Source: Eukaryota sp. TZLM1-RC | Taxonomy: Eukaryota; Protista; Metamonada: BaSk clade | NCBI GenBank assembly: GCA_040285825.1 | Contig: JAUPSS010000004.1 | Span: 3,541,658-3,605,657 of the forward strand | Reading direction: 5' to 3' | DNA length: 64,000 bases | Shown here: positions 10,625 through 22,429 of the stretch, one piece after another | Layout of the letters: each line of letters starts with the position of its first letter | Numbering within the stretch: position 1 is the stretch's first letter | Program-made: the position numbers and the translations under genes | The notes under the pieces: generated by a model | What the model was told of the DNA's origin: nothing | The model's database searches: none | The model's input: the letters and a program-made list of their open reading frames with translations, nothing else

Positions 10625-11209
10625 TCAAAATCCAGAACCATCTGCTGGACGAAGGTATCCAACCAAAATAAGGATGAAATCCAAGGCAGTCCATACACCA
10701 AGACCTCCTAGTGTAACTCCTTTCGCAATCCCACTCACAGTATGTCCTAAGTAGATTCGATCGATACCAAACCCACCAAAAAACAAAGACATCCAGCTCA
10801 CGGTTGTTCTACTATACTCGAAGGGACGGGAGCATTGCAAGTAGAGAGAAAAACTACGTCCTTCCTCATCAGAAATGCAGATCATATTGTCAGGAACGGT
10901 ACAGTGGTAAAGGACCTCTTCAGGGTCATCTACTCGACAATTGGCGTGACTTGAGTCTAACTTACAATTACATAAATCAGGGTCTGTAAAGAAACAGGGC
11001 TGACAAATATAATCTTTATCAAACTGACGAGGACCATCGCATTCGTATGAAGAAGAAACCTTACAGGACGCAGTGTAATGTTCACCCAATGTACAATTAG
11101 AAAGTGAATCAGTTGGATATTCGCAAGAAAGTTTAGATAGAGATGCAGATTCACAAGGTATAGCGCTTATAAGAGCAGCTAGAGATAGAAGAAGTAGTAC
11201 CAACTTCAT
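10625..11209 (-). CDS. TM2 domain-containing membrane protein (TM2D family)
   Basis: Signal peptide, Cys-rich ectodomain and TM2 motif SLFFGGFGIDRIYLG...KGVTLGGLGVWTALDFILILVGYLRPADGS. Confidence 0.92.
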   Translation of the reverse strand: MKLVLLLLSLAALISAIPCESASLSKLSCEYPTDSLSNCTLGEHYTASCKVSSSYECDGPRQFDKDYICQPCFFTDPDLCNCKLDSSHANCRVDDPEEVLYHCTVPDNMICISDEEGRSFSLYLQCSRPFEYSRTTVSWMSLFFGGFGIDRIYLGHTVSGIAKGVTLGGLGVWTALDFILILVGYLRPADGSGF

Positions 11210-12178
11210 TCTTACAGATATTGTCTATAACAAGGATGGAAAATTGGTTCGAGTTGAATTTCTGGTTAAAAATGGTGATCACACAAATATTGATACTAAA
11301 CATATGAAATATAATTCAATATTAATTGATACTATACATGACATACATAGTGGTGCTAGAATGATTCACCTAGACACAACAAGATTACAATAATGCCCTT
11401 TAAAGTGATTACTAAGAATCAAATCTAATACTCCTTACTTGAAGCTAAAACAAAAACTAGACACTTCTCTCTACAACGGTGGGACTCGGAAATGTCAAAA
11501 CCCTATTATAATGATACTGCAACTGTTGTACACAGCCGAAGTGATCAATAGGGAGTGTACTTTACAGGTACTAAAAGAGACCTTGGCATCTCTAACTAGC
11601 AGAAGGCTCTTGATCAGACAAAGGTTTATCAGAGGTCGCCCGTACTCTCGGAGGCATGCCGTCAATCATAGTGTGTTTAATAATTGTCGATATTGTTCAC
11701 CAATATATACACGAAAATGACGTAATTCTTCTATCATATTCTACTTCACAAAATTTAGCATTCGAACACAATAATCTCACTTCATGTTTCTTAACATGAA
11801 GAGGAAAATCCTCTTCCGACACCTTCTTTGAACCATCATCCACTTTGGCTATCTGACTTCTGGCTTAGGAGTAAACTAGTGTATCTCCACCAGTGGCAAG
11901 TGTGTTTACAGCTAACAAATTTGACAAATCATTTGATCTCTATTCCCCAAACTTTTACATGGAAAGAATATGTTTAAATTAGATATCTTCATTGTTTAAC
12001 ATTGGTGGTTTTCACTGGAAATGGATACCTACTCTGAAATGTCAATTTCCAATATATCAACCACATCCACATGTCTAAAATCAACTATAATAATGGTCTG
12101 AGATCAAAATACGTTGGACTTACTGAGGGCTTCTAAAAGGTAGACTTCAATAAGAAAATCAAGTCTCAATCAGCTCAA

Positions 12179-14572
12179 TCATTTTTTCTCCATAAAATCC
12201 TTTAAATTTGGAGTCTTTTCAACAAAATCACCAAATTGCTGTCCAACATTTGCATCAAGAATCTTGCACATCTCTTGTTGATCAAGATTAAAAAAATCTG
12301 ACAAACTGTTGCAGTTATTGTTGGCAAGTGATCCTACAATATCTGATTTAAATTCATCACCGAATAACTTTCCTAAACTATCAATTGAAGAATTAAAACT
12401 GAGGTTAGATTCTTCTTCGGCAAAGTCATGGGCCTCCAACAGATGAGACATCTTTTCTACAGAGGGTTCAGGTAAATTCTTCTTCAGAGAAGACAACAAA
12501 GATGCACCATCCAGAGGACCGAACGACCATGCCAATCGAAGAAATGGAAATCGTAGTAAGAGTGACACCACCCGTGTAATCAATGCAGTTAAAGGCTCGC
12601 TCTCAGAAGAGGATGACTTATTTCCAGACTCAATTAATATAACAGAATGTGTGAAGTGATTAGACATTCTTCTTGCTTGCTTGATCAGGTGACCACTGTT
12701 CAATGAAGAAGACAGGTCGGATAAGGTTTTTCGCTCAACAGCAACATCTGGACTGAGAACATAGTCACCGGTAATGAGAGTTACCGGCACAACTTCGAGT
12801 CCTTTTTCAAAGAGTGCCAAAGGCAGTGAAGAGCGAAATTCTCTCGTATCCACAAGTATCGAACCTTTGCATGACTGACGAGAAAACAAAGGTGGTGGAG
12901 TATGGTAGTCCGCCATAGATTTGAGGTGATTCATTATCTTATTCTCGCGGTCAATAGACGCCGAGTACAGCTCTTGTTCAGGTTTGCCGGCAAATACACA
13001 ATGAACATCAATGCAGTTCTTGCTGTTTTCAGTAGTAGCACAGTAAAGCTCAACATTGCGTAGTGAAGCAATGGTGGGATTAGCAGTGATGATAACTTGA
13101 GGTCGGATTTGACGCAGAAGGGCCACATTGACCTTATGCGCCTGCACAACAAACACAGGAGCAAAAGTTAGAGCGGCTGGTTCAAGAGTTAACTCAGCAC
13201 TGTTGTCCAAAAGCGTACCAATGTCATCTTCCACTATGAGGTCGTCTTCTTTCAAGTCGAAGCCTGCAATAATACTGTCACTAAAGTTCAACAGTCTACT
13301 AACCGTAGACTGTATCTTTGATGGTGGTAAATCATAATAAAGATGCTTTCGGAATTCACGTGGAGTAAAGCCTACTTGATCAGAATCTATTAATTTAAAC
13401 TCAATGAAAGATGATAAGAGACAACGGGAAATGTCTGTGTGTTCACTTTGATCATTCAAGAAATCAGAGAGTCGCTTAGACGTTCTCCAATTCCTACAAA
13501 TAACAAGAATAGGAGAGGGAGAGCTTAAAATATCATCTGTACCTAACCCTTGTGTTCGTTGATACCCCTTTAACAAATCATTAACATAGCTTAACAATGG
13601 GGATGACTCTTTGATCAAAACACGACGTCTTAGTACTTCCAGCAACTGAGTTGCACCCTCTAAGAAAGGCCAAAGAGGAGGAGATGCTTCAGTAGAAACA
13701 TGGGAGAGATACAAAGCATCAAGGTGATACCTAATCAGCTCAAACAATGCATCCACACAATTACTATACAAAACCGAATAAAATAGACCCTTAAGCACAC
13801 TCAAATCATAAACAATTGTTGTGGAAGGAAAGCGTGTATTTAGTTCTTCAACACCTTCCCTAAATGATATGTTCCAAGTTGTAACGTCTAAAACCTGGTA
13901 GTTTGAGTTTAGTTTTGAATTAAAATCTGCTAGAACAATAGAAATCATTTGTGATATCAAATCCACTGCCACGTCAGCATCACCTGATAAGGGAACTACA
14001 GAAAGATTGGTGACTGGAACCAGAGAATCTAATGTATTACGAACAACTTCATCATTATGGGACTTTATTATTAACTTAGTGACAGGAACAGAAGTGGAAA
14101 AAGTTGAATACTGAAATGAATAAACATTAGAGGTTAATGCTTTGATAAACACTTTCGGGTTCTTGTCTATTACTAAGCGAAGAGCGAAAGCAGCAGGGTG
14201 TTCTCGTGAGCATTTGTGGGCTTGGCAAATGACAAGACAGCCTATAAATGAAGCATTGAGGCGATTGAGGAGCAGGTCAGTTGAAAAAGTACGACTAGAA
14301 AGTGAAACCAACCCAGGTCTGTTGTAAATAGCCGTGCGAGAGGCAATATCACATCCTTCAGCAATTACAGAGAGATTTGGCAGGCGAAATGAAGAAGAAG
14401 GTAAAGTGAAGTTATGAGGTGCATCCAAGACAACTACCAGAGATTTAAGACGTCGGGAAGCAAGACGAAGAAGTGACTCAAGGATAGTCGGTTCATCCAA
14501 ACCAGGACTGATAACACAACCCACCTTAGGAGTAGTCCAGAGTTGAGTAAGGAGTTGAGCTTGGAGCTCCAT
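12179..14572 (-). CDS. XPF: DNA repair endonuclease XPF/Rad1/ERCC4
   Basis: Degenerate helicase-like N-terminus and ERCC4 nuclease motifs VDTREFRSSLP, GDYVLS, VERKT. First in-frame ATG at 14572 (MELQAQ). Confidence 0.92.
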   Translation of the reverse strand: MELQAQLLTQLWTTPKVGCVISPGLDEPTILESLLRLASRRLKSLVVVLDAPHNFTLPSSSFRLPNLSVIAEGCDIASRTAIYNRPGLVSLSSRTFSTDLLLNRLNASFIGCLVICQAHKCSREHPAAFALRLVIDKNPKVFIKALTSNVYSFQYSTFSTSVPVTKLIIKSHNDEVVRNTLDSLVPVTNLSVVPLSGDADVAVDLISQMISIVLADFNSKLNSNYQVLDVTTWNISFREGVEELNTRFPSTTIVYDLSVLKGLFYSVLYSNCVDALFELIRYHLDALYLSHVSTEASPPLWPFLEGATQLLEVLRRRVLIKESSPLLSYVNDLLKGYQRTQGLGTDDILSSPSPILVICRNWRTSKRLSDFLNDQSEHTDISRCLLSSFIEFKLIDSDQVGFTPREFRKHLYYDLPPSKIQSTVSRLLNFSDSIIAGFDLKEDDLIVEDDIGTLLDNSAELTLEPAALTFAPVFVVQAHKVNVALLRQIRPQVIITANPTIASLRNVELYCATTENSKNCIDVHCVFAGKPEQELYSASIDRENKIMNHLKSMADYHTPPPLFSRQSCKGSILVDTREFRSSLPLALFEKGLEVVPVTLITGDYVLSPDVAVERKTLSDLSSSLNSGHLIKQARRMSNHFTHSVILIESGNKSSSSESEPLTALITRVVSLLLRFPFLRLAWSFGPLDGASLLSSLKKNLPEPSVEKMSHLLEAHDFAEEESNLSFNSSIDSLGKLFGDEFKSDIVGSLANNNCNSLSDFFNLDQQEMCKILDANVGQQFGDFVEKTPNLKDFMEKK

Positions 14573-14677
14573 TTGTTGAGATGATGTCCAAAACAATGGA
14601 ATAAGTGTCCTTTTTCCACTAATTTAGAGGGACTGAGTTTTTGAGAAGTGGAAGATTTTTTTCTCAATACCATTTTT

Positions 14678-15630
14678 TCTCTTCGAACATTACAGAAACG
14701 ATTGACTGGAATGTATGAAAAAGATTTTTATAATAATATATGCATTTCGGCTGTTTCAACTCAAGATCTTCATTCATTGTTATTGGAAAAGGTGTTTCTG
14801 AAAATAAAACAACAGATTCATCACTTTTTGTAACCATTGTACCACGAAGATTTGGACTGTGTGCCACTAATGAAGCATTTGTAACAAAAATGAAAATTAT
14901 ATTTGAATATCCCCATTAATTAATTATTATCAAAAGAAAAATGTATTTGTTCGAATTCACCTCAACTCACTTTGCGCCATGCTCTGAATTGCTCTAAATT
15001 GATAACTTATCGTTCTTCATTACATGCTGCTGTTAGAGACACTGTTTTCAATATGGCACAAACTGCAAGAATATCGTGTATCAAAGAGCCCCTGCTGAAG
15101 GAAACACTTTCTCTGAAGAATTTTGGTTCTGATGATAGAGGTGATGTATACTGTGATTGTATTGAGAACTCTGATGCTGTTGTTGACTTTGTCTCATGTA
15201 ATGTTGCAAATGATACTTTGGTTCACAGAAGAAAACTTAATCCTGTGACTGCTCTTGATTTTAAAGCAAAAGAGAAACATAGAAAATATGACAAAGATAT
15301 TGAAGAGGCTAATGTCGATAGAAATACACAGCTGGTTTTTATTGCTTTTCCATTTTCGATAAATGGAAGATTATCAGATGAAGCAGAAACTTTTTTGAAT
15401 GACTTCCAAAAAATGGTGCAAGAAAAAACTATAAAAGATTTGAAATTTTTTATGGCGTTCACGGATTCAATTTGCCATTATTAATACATTACCTCGGTTT
15501 TTCAATCAAATAGGAGAAGCTCTAGCTAGACAGCAAGCAGATCAAGATGTTGTAGAGGAAATCTTGGTTCAATGATAGTCATCCCATTAGTTATGAGATA
15601 ATTTAATTAAGTCTGCAAACTCAATAAATA
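14678..15630 (+). mobile_element. RLE non-LTR retrotransposon family A, 5'-truncated degenerate copy
   Basis: HALNC..LH..VRD, EP, RGD, KHRKY. The 3' end has the family tail (cccattag...tcaataaa). Frameshifted, no clear TSD. Confidence 0.9.
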
Positions 15631-16240
15631 CAAGATTTTCTTTGAACCACGGTCAACCTTGACTCTCTGCAGGTATTTGTTATGTCTGGCAACCTCTGTC
15701 CTGTATCTTAACAACTGACTGAAATAATGATCACCATGGGTAATTACTGTTCTTTCTCCGATTTATGTAATTAATTACATCATTTAGTAAAATGTGCAGT
15801 GAAATGACTGGTTACAATACAAAAATTTACTTGATCAAGGAATTTAACTATTACATCCAATGAGTGCAAAGTATAATAATCAATGATCAATGTCATATTA
15901 AACTCAAACAATATGACGCTGATCATCATTAGCTGTCTATGCTGATTGAACTACCTCCTAGAATCTGTAAGTTTGCAATCGATTCTTCCTTACCGGACAA
16001 CCGAATCCTTGTTACAATAGAGATACACTTCACAGTTTGTTTTATCATAAAGTTCAAAAAACAATTATAGTACGCGTTTATGTTTTTAATAAAAATCAAA
16101 AACAAAATAACAGAAAGGTGTGCTTCACAAATTAGTGCTCTCACAGCACGAGGAGACTTGAGCAAGCTATTTGATAATGATTTGGCCATTTGATTTTTTT
16201 TTAAAAATTTAGGTTATTAGGTTGATAATACCAACAACCA

Positions 16241-17660
16241 ATGACAGACTCTCTTCCAGCAAATGCTCCTCCTGCCGAAGATGTAAAGCCCAAGGACTAC
16301 CCTCTCCTTCTCAAAGATTTTGACAAGATGGTTGTCAAATCTAATTCTTACACCCCTATTCAAGCTGGATGGTCTCCCCTTAAACGTCCCTTAAATGAGT
16401 ATATCCATTACGGTATCATCAATCTTGATAAGCCAGCAAATCCCTCATCTCACGAAGTCGTTGCTTGGGAATGTTCATTTTCATCCTCTCTAACCCAAGA
16501 TTAAACGCATCCTCAAGTGTGACAAAACCGGCCACAGCGGTACCCTTGATCCCAAAGTTACTGGTTGCCTTATTGTATGCCTAGATCGTGCCACACGCCT
16601 AGTCAAATCGCAGCAAGGTGCCGGTAAGGAGTATGTCTGCATTCTCAAGCTCCATGAAAAGGAAGAAGACAAGTCCAAGCTTGACTCGGCCATGCAGACT
16701 CTTACTGGAACCCTTTTTCAAATGCCTCCCCTTATATCAGCTGTCAAGAGGCAGCTGCGTCTCCGTACTATTTATGAATCCAAACTCATTGAATACGACA
16801 CTGAAAACCAAATGGCTCTCTTCTGGGCTTCTTGCCAAGCTGGTACATATATGAGAACTCTCTGTGTTCATTTAGGCCTCCTTATTGGTGGTGGTGGTCA
16901 TATGCAAGAACTCCGAAGGGTAAGATCTGGTCATATGACGGAAAAAGACAATTTGGTTTCTATGTTTGACCTAAAGGATGCTCAGTATCTCTACGAAGCC
17001 AAGGGTGATGAAACCTATCTTCGCAAAGTTATTCAACCATTAGAAAGTCTGCTAGTAGGTTATAAAAGAATCATCGTCAAAGATTCCGCCGTCAATGCTC
17101 TTTGTTATGGCGCCAAACTGATGATCCCTGGAGTTTTGCGCTTTGATGCTGGTATTGATGCTGGCGATGAATGTGTCTTAGTCTCAACTAAGGGTGAAGC
17201 TATTGCTTTGGCTATCTGTCAAATGACTGCAGCTGTAATTTGCTCTGTTGATCACGGAATTGTGGCCAAAACCAAGAGGGTGATCATGGACAGGAACACT
17301 TATCCGAAGCAATGGGGTTTAGGTCCAAGAGCTATACAAAAGAAAAAGTTGATTCAAGAAGGAAAGCTTGATAAGTTTGGTAAACCTAACGAAAAGACTC
17401 CTAGTGAATGGACAAATGGTTATAAATACTTGAATAATGAGGGTGATAACCCTACACCTACTGTGGAAGCTGTATCAATGGAACAGGCTGTTGTAGAGAC
17501 TGATAATTTTACTGAGGTGGTGGCTAGTGAGGAAAAGATAGAGAAAAAGGAGAAGAAAGAAAAGAAGGAAAAGAAGGAAAAGAAAGACAAAAAGGAAAAG
17601 AAAGAGAAGAGAAAGAGAAGAGCTGAAAGTGAAGAAGTCACCAAAAAAGCAAATGTTTAG
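16241..17660 (+). CDS. CBF5: Dyskerin / Cbf5 H/ACA pseudouridine synthase, exons 16241-16468 and 16500-17660
   Basis: [17 protein letters not shown]|[30 protein letters not shown] domain and KKE-repeat tail. Confidence 0.97.
16469..16499 (+). other. 31-nt intron with GA-AG boundaries
   Basis: gaatgttcattttcatcctctctaacccaag. Removing it restores the invariant HEVVAW-IKRIL. CTAAC branch motif present. Confidence 0.75.
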
Positions 17661-17739
17661 TTTTTAGTTTATTATTATAGTTTGATATTTAATAATTTGA
17701 TAAATTCATTAGATTTATTGTATTTTTAAATATTTGTAA

Positions 17740-18705
17740 TTAATCTAATAAAACAATTTCTATACTTGAAGCTTCTGATGTTACCAATAATGAATTTTCG
17801 ACTCCATTCAATGAAATTCCAACCACCCCTAATGAACTGTTGCTAATTTTAGCAACCATTCCCTCGTCTTCAAGGTCCATTAAATTATCAATGACACGGG
17901 AGTCTACGAGGAGGGTATCACCATTGGATGTTGATATAACGAGGTTGTTGTTGACAAACAGTAGATCAACAATACAAGACTCCGTAACATTTAAAAATGA
18001 CCTCTTTGTCAGCACTACTTTACGTTGATCTTCTCTCCGTTCAATCACTACCACTTTTCCACTTCGCAGACCACACACAATGATACTTGGATTGTTGGGA
18101 GAAGAAGTGATGGCCATGATAGGGGCATGTAGAGAAAGAGAAGACGAAGAGAGAACATCAGTTAGTACTCCATCCAAGCTTCCACAGACAACATCACCTG
18201 AACACGTGACATTAGTGGAAAGCAGGCAAGCTGTATTGATAGGGTAAAAAACCGGAAAATTCCCAAAAGACTCCATGTTGAGCCAATAAACTCCCTTGTA
18301 CGTACCCATTGCGAGTACATGAGAGGTCATACAAAATGATGCACTTAGTATTGTATCTTCAGCATGTGATGATCCAAAGATGTCACTGGGATCACTGGAC
18401 AGTTCAAGCCGGTGACCATTTTCTGAGAAAATAATATTGTATTCATAAACAAATCCTTCAGTATCAACACAAATAAAAGAATTTGAATCATGAGTTCGAA
18501 AAGATATGTATATAGCTTCACCATGAATTTCACTCCAACAGAGAGGTTCAGGTTCTACCTGTGACGAAGTGTCCCATGAGTAATATTGTACAAGATGTTC
18601 AGCCGCAGTGGATGTACCAAGAAGGAAGGATACAGGACCTGATGTGGATAAGTTCTTTTCAAAGCAGCAACAATCGATCCTGTGGGGTACGAAGGATACA
18701 AACAT
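17740..18705 (-). CDS. Divergent WD40-like beta-propeller protein
   Basis: Repeated blade-like segments (VVCGSLDGVL, PIMAITSSPNNPSIIVCGLRSGKVVVIE, VISTSNGDTLLVD). 321 aa open frame. Confidence 0.6.
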   Translation of the reverse strand: MFVSFVPHRIDCCCFEKNLSTSGPVSFLLGTSTAAEHLVQYYSWDTSSQVEPEPLCWSEIHGEAIYISFRTHDSNSFICVDTEGFVYEYNIIFSENGHRLELSSDPSDIFGSSHAEDTILSASFCMTSHVLAMGTYKGVYWLNMESFGNFPVFYPINTACLLSTNVTCSGDVVCGSLDGVLTDVLSSSSLSLHAPIMAITSSPNNPSIIVCGLRSGKVVVIERREDQRKVVLTKRSFLNVTESCIVDLLFVNNNLVISTSNGDTLLVDSRVIDNLMDLEDEGMVAKISNSSLGVVGISLNGVENSLLVTSEASSIEIVLLD

Positions 18706-18756
18706 CAAGATCTCAGTCTAACCTACCAAAAAAATGATAGGAATTTTCATAATAAC

Positions 18757-21700
18757 TTTTATTAAACTTACGCACTTGACAAGATAAACTCCCAACTAAT
18801 GGGACAAAATTCAATGAACCAAGATTTCCTCTACAAAATCTTGATCTGCTTGCTGTCTAGCTAAAGCTTCTCTTATTCGATTGAAAAACCGAGGTAATCT
18901 ATTAATGATGGCAAATTGAATCCGAGAGCGCCATAAAAAATATCAAATCTTTTCATTGTTTTTTCTTGAACCATTTTTGGATATCATTCAAACAAGTTCC
19001 TGCTTCTACTGACAGTCTTCATTTTATCGAAAATGGGAAAGTAATAAAAACAAGTGGTCTGTTTCTATCAGCATTAGCCTCTCCGATACCTTTGTCATCT
19101 TTTCTATGTTTTTCCTTAGCTTTAAATTCAAGAGCACTTACAGGATTAAGTTTTCTTTTTTGAACCAAAGTGTCGTTTGCAACATTACAGGAGACAAAGT
19201 CAACAACAGCTTCAGAGTTCTCAATACAATCACAGTATACATCACTTCCATCATCAGAACCAAAATTATTCAATGGCAGTGTTTCCTTCAGCAGAGGCTC
19301 TTTGATACACGAAATTCTTGCAGTTTGTGCAGAGGTAAAAACAGTGTCTCTAACAGCATCATGCAATGAAGAACGATAAGTTATCAATTTAGAACAATTC
19401 AGAGCATGGCGCAAAGTGAGTTGCAGTGAATTCGAACAAATACAGATTTCTTTTGATAATAATTGATTAATGGGGATATTCAAATATTATCTCTTTTTTG
19501 TTAAACGCTTCATTATTAGCACACAGTCCAAATCTTCGTGGTACAATGGTTACAAACAGTGAAAAATCTGATGACTGATTTTCACAAACATCCTTTTCCA
19601 ATAACAATGAGTAAAGATCATGATTTAAAACAGCCGAGCTGTTCATAATTTTATAAAGATCATTTTCATACATCTCAGTCAATCGTTTCTGTAATTTTCG
19701 AAGAGTGTATTTTAAGTTTCAAAGATTCTTTTCCGGAATATTATCATTGAATGATTGGGGAAAGCATCAACTCCATTTTTCTACTTCAATTTTTGAAATT
19801 TCTTCATTTAATGCAACAACAGTGGAACTTTGCGTTGTCATTAATAAATCTTACCAATCTGCAAATCTTTCAGAAAACTCAAAAATTGCATTTCTACATC
19901 CACCAATAAAAGCACATGAAGTAAGAATAGAAGCCTTTGTCCAACCTAAACCGCCATAAAGTGGACTAAGATAAGCATGATCTGGAATTTGGAACATTTT
20001 ACATCCCAGTAATTGTGACAACACTTTTGCACGTAATTCATTAAACTTTTGAGCCAAAGGTCTAGTGATAAGAGGATTTGTAGATCGAAATATATGATTA
20101 AAGTTGGAAATAAAACATAGTGTTATAATGGTAAATTTGATATGTTTCTGTATATCTAAAATCATTATTTGGTCAATTTTTCAGAAATTAAGCTCAACTT
20201 TTCATACAATTCTTCGGTAATTTCATCATTATTTCCTAAAAACGAACCCAAATGACAAATAGCATCAATTGAATATTATTTAGCTTGAATTTCATTACCA
20301 TCAACTATTGTAGAAACTGGATAATTCGAAAGTATAACACATTTCAGTAAATTAAGTTGGAGGCCAATTTTGTAAAATAGTTCTGTGAAACATACAGTTG
20401 CTTTTTTCACAATTTTTAAGTCACTTATAAGAACAACGTCATCCATATAGGCAATCATTTTTAGCGAAGGAAACATCTCCTGAATTTGTAATAAAATAGG
20501 ATGAATGGCCAAACAAAACAAAAGAGGTCCAAAGGGATCTCCTTGAATAACACCACTTGATGATTTCAAATCAGAATCACCAAAATGCAAATCAGAAGTT
20601 GTTTGAGAATAAGGCATCAATTCTGGCAAATATTGTAACAACGCACCATAAAGACTGCGACGACTAATTGAATTGAATGCATTGCTAAATTCCAACGACA
20701 TACAAACATTGAATTCATTTTGATGAAATCAAACATCTGTAACAAATACTGCTGAAGAAACTCCATCAGTGTTATTAAGTCCATATTGAAAGGCAACAAA
20801 TTTATTTTACTTTTTCATTAAATCTATTTGAGCAGCAAGCAGAAAAAATATTGTGTAAACTTTCAGAGACCGCAATTGGACGAACATCCATTTTTGAGTT
20901 CTTTACAAGTGCAGTTAAACGTGAACATCTTAATTCTTCAGGATATTTAAGTTGACCAGTTAAAATTCTATTGAAAAATATGGTTGATAAAATAGGACAA
21001 TCTTCTGAAGAAATAACCATGGCTTTGATATGATCAATTCGAAACCCCAGAAAAACCAGCAGACTTTCCGCGTGGTCGCTTTTCCATCACTGAAAATACT
21101 TCTAATGTCATCAATTGATGACTTTCCCATTAATCTCCATAATAATTTTGATCCATTATTGGGTTTTCAAATGGATGAAGGATCTTGTGTTTGTATACAG
21201 TTCGTTTATTATTGGGAGTTTTGACTCCTGGATCGAAGTAGACAAAGCACTAGACCACTTGTTATCAAAACATTTATCTTCAAAAATTTGTCTCAATTTT
21301 TCAGCTGACAGTTTTCTTGGTGCATTATCAGTTAAATTTTCAGAATTTTCAACAAAATGTTGTTCAAAAGGAGCACAAAAAAAACCAAAAAATTCCCAAA
21401 GAATATTGATAGCATACTTTCCCTTACATAATTGATCCGAAAATCTTTTAAAAACAAAAGCAAATTCATTGCATTTCAACGGATGTATTTCTTGAGGGAT
21501 TTTTGAGGGAGGATGGTAATTGTCGACTATTCAGCATTTGAAGCATCGATCAACAGTTTTACCTTTTGCATTTTTTCTAAAGGAACACCACAATTGTGGA
21601 AAACTTTGTGCTTGATTCGATTGTTAACTGGCTTTGCAACTACTTGTGGAAATTGAAGAAATTTCAGTTGATCTCGTTTTTTCTGCACTTCAATTGCGTC

Positions 21701-21900
21701 AACTGTAACAAAAGTATGACGTTTATTCATCAAAAGTAAAAACTCTACAAAATCTGATACATTATCAACTTTTGACCAAGAAATTGAAGTATTGAGTGTA
21801 AAATCAACCATTTGTTGATATCTCTTGGGTGTCAATTCGAAGGGCTGTGGTTGATAAGTGTAAATAATTCTTTGCTATTGCTTCAACCATCATCGGAATA
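18757..21900 (-). mobile_element. RLE non-LTR retrotransposon family A, long decayed copy
   Basis: Fragmented ORFs with VRPIAVSE, QGDPFGPLLF, YMDD, LYGGLGW, CICS..HALNC and the RLE domain. 5' end approximate. Confidence 0.9.
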
Positions 21901-22011
21901 CAATTCTTCTGAAAGATAAATAAACTTAAATTAAATCAATTACTGAATAACTAACCTAGGCAAAACACATACAGTGAGTTTATTAATGTCTCAAGACAAA
22001 AAATGTACATA

Positions 22012-22429
22012 TCAAGATTCAGCTTCCCTTGATGGTTCAGACTTCCTTGAAAGTTTAAAGAATCTCTTGAAAGTTTGTAATGAATCACGGCTCGATCGTT
22101 GAGTTGATAGAGCATCAGAAGGAGGTTCTATAGGAGGAAGACTCTCTAATTGGGCTAAACTGTCTTCTATAGAAGCACTAACTTCAATCAACGAGTTAGT
22201 GGTGGCCGAAAGGGTGTTCAACTGTGCAGCAAGGGACGGTAGATGATTGATACCAGACGAGAATAAATCGTAGTGGTATTTACGTTGTTTAATCTGATCG
22301 TCTAGTATTCCTATGTATGTCATCATTTTCTGATGTAAGACGAAGAAAAAGGGATGAACAAACCCCTAATGTATGTGTAGTTTCGTGAATAGAAGTTATA
22401 CATGAGTTGACTGAAGTTGTAGAGTTCAT
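22012..22429 (-). CDS. Small coiled-coil protein, possibly dysbindin (BLOC-1)-like; exons 22429-22364 and 22329-22012
   Basis: A 34-nt GTTTGT...TCAG intron joins MNSTTSV...TLG to KMMTYIG. LPSLAAQLNTLS...IEDSLAQLE resembles the dysbindin coiled coil (from recall, unverified). Confidence 0.6.

Noticed and set aside
14434-14673. ORF MVLRKKSS... as the first exon of XPF
   Set aside because: No frame-restoring intron was found, and ATG 14572 already gives a plausible XPF N-terminus.
18751-21952. AATAACT as TSD of the long family A copy
   Set aside because: A 7-bp AT-rich match with an undefined element 5' end, so it could be chance.
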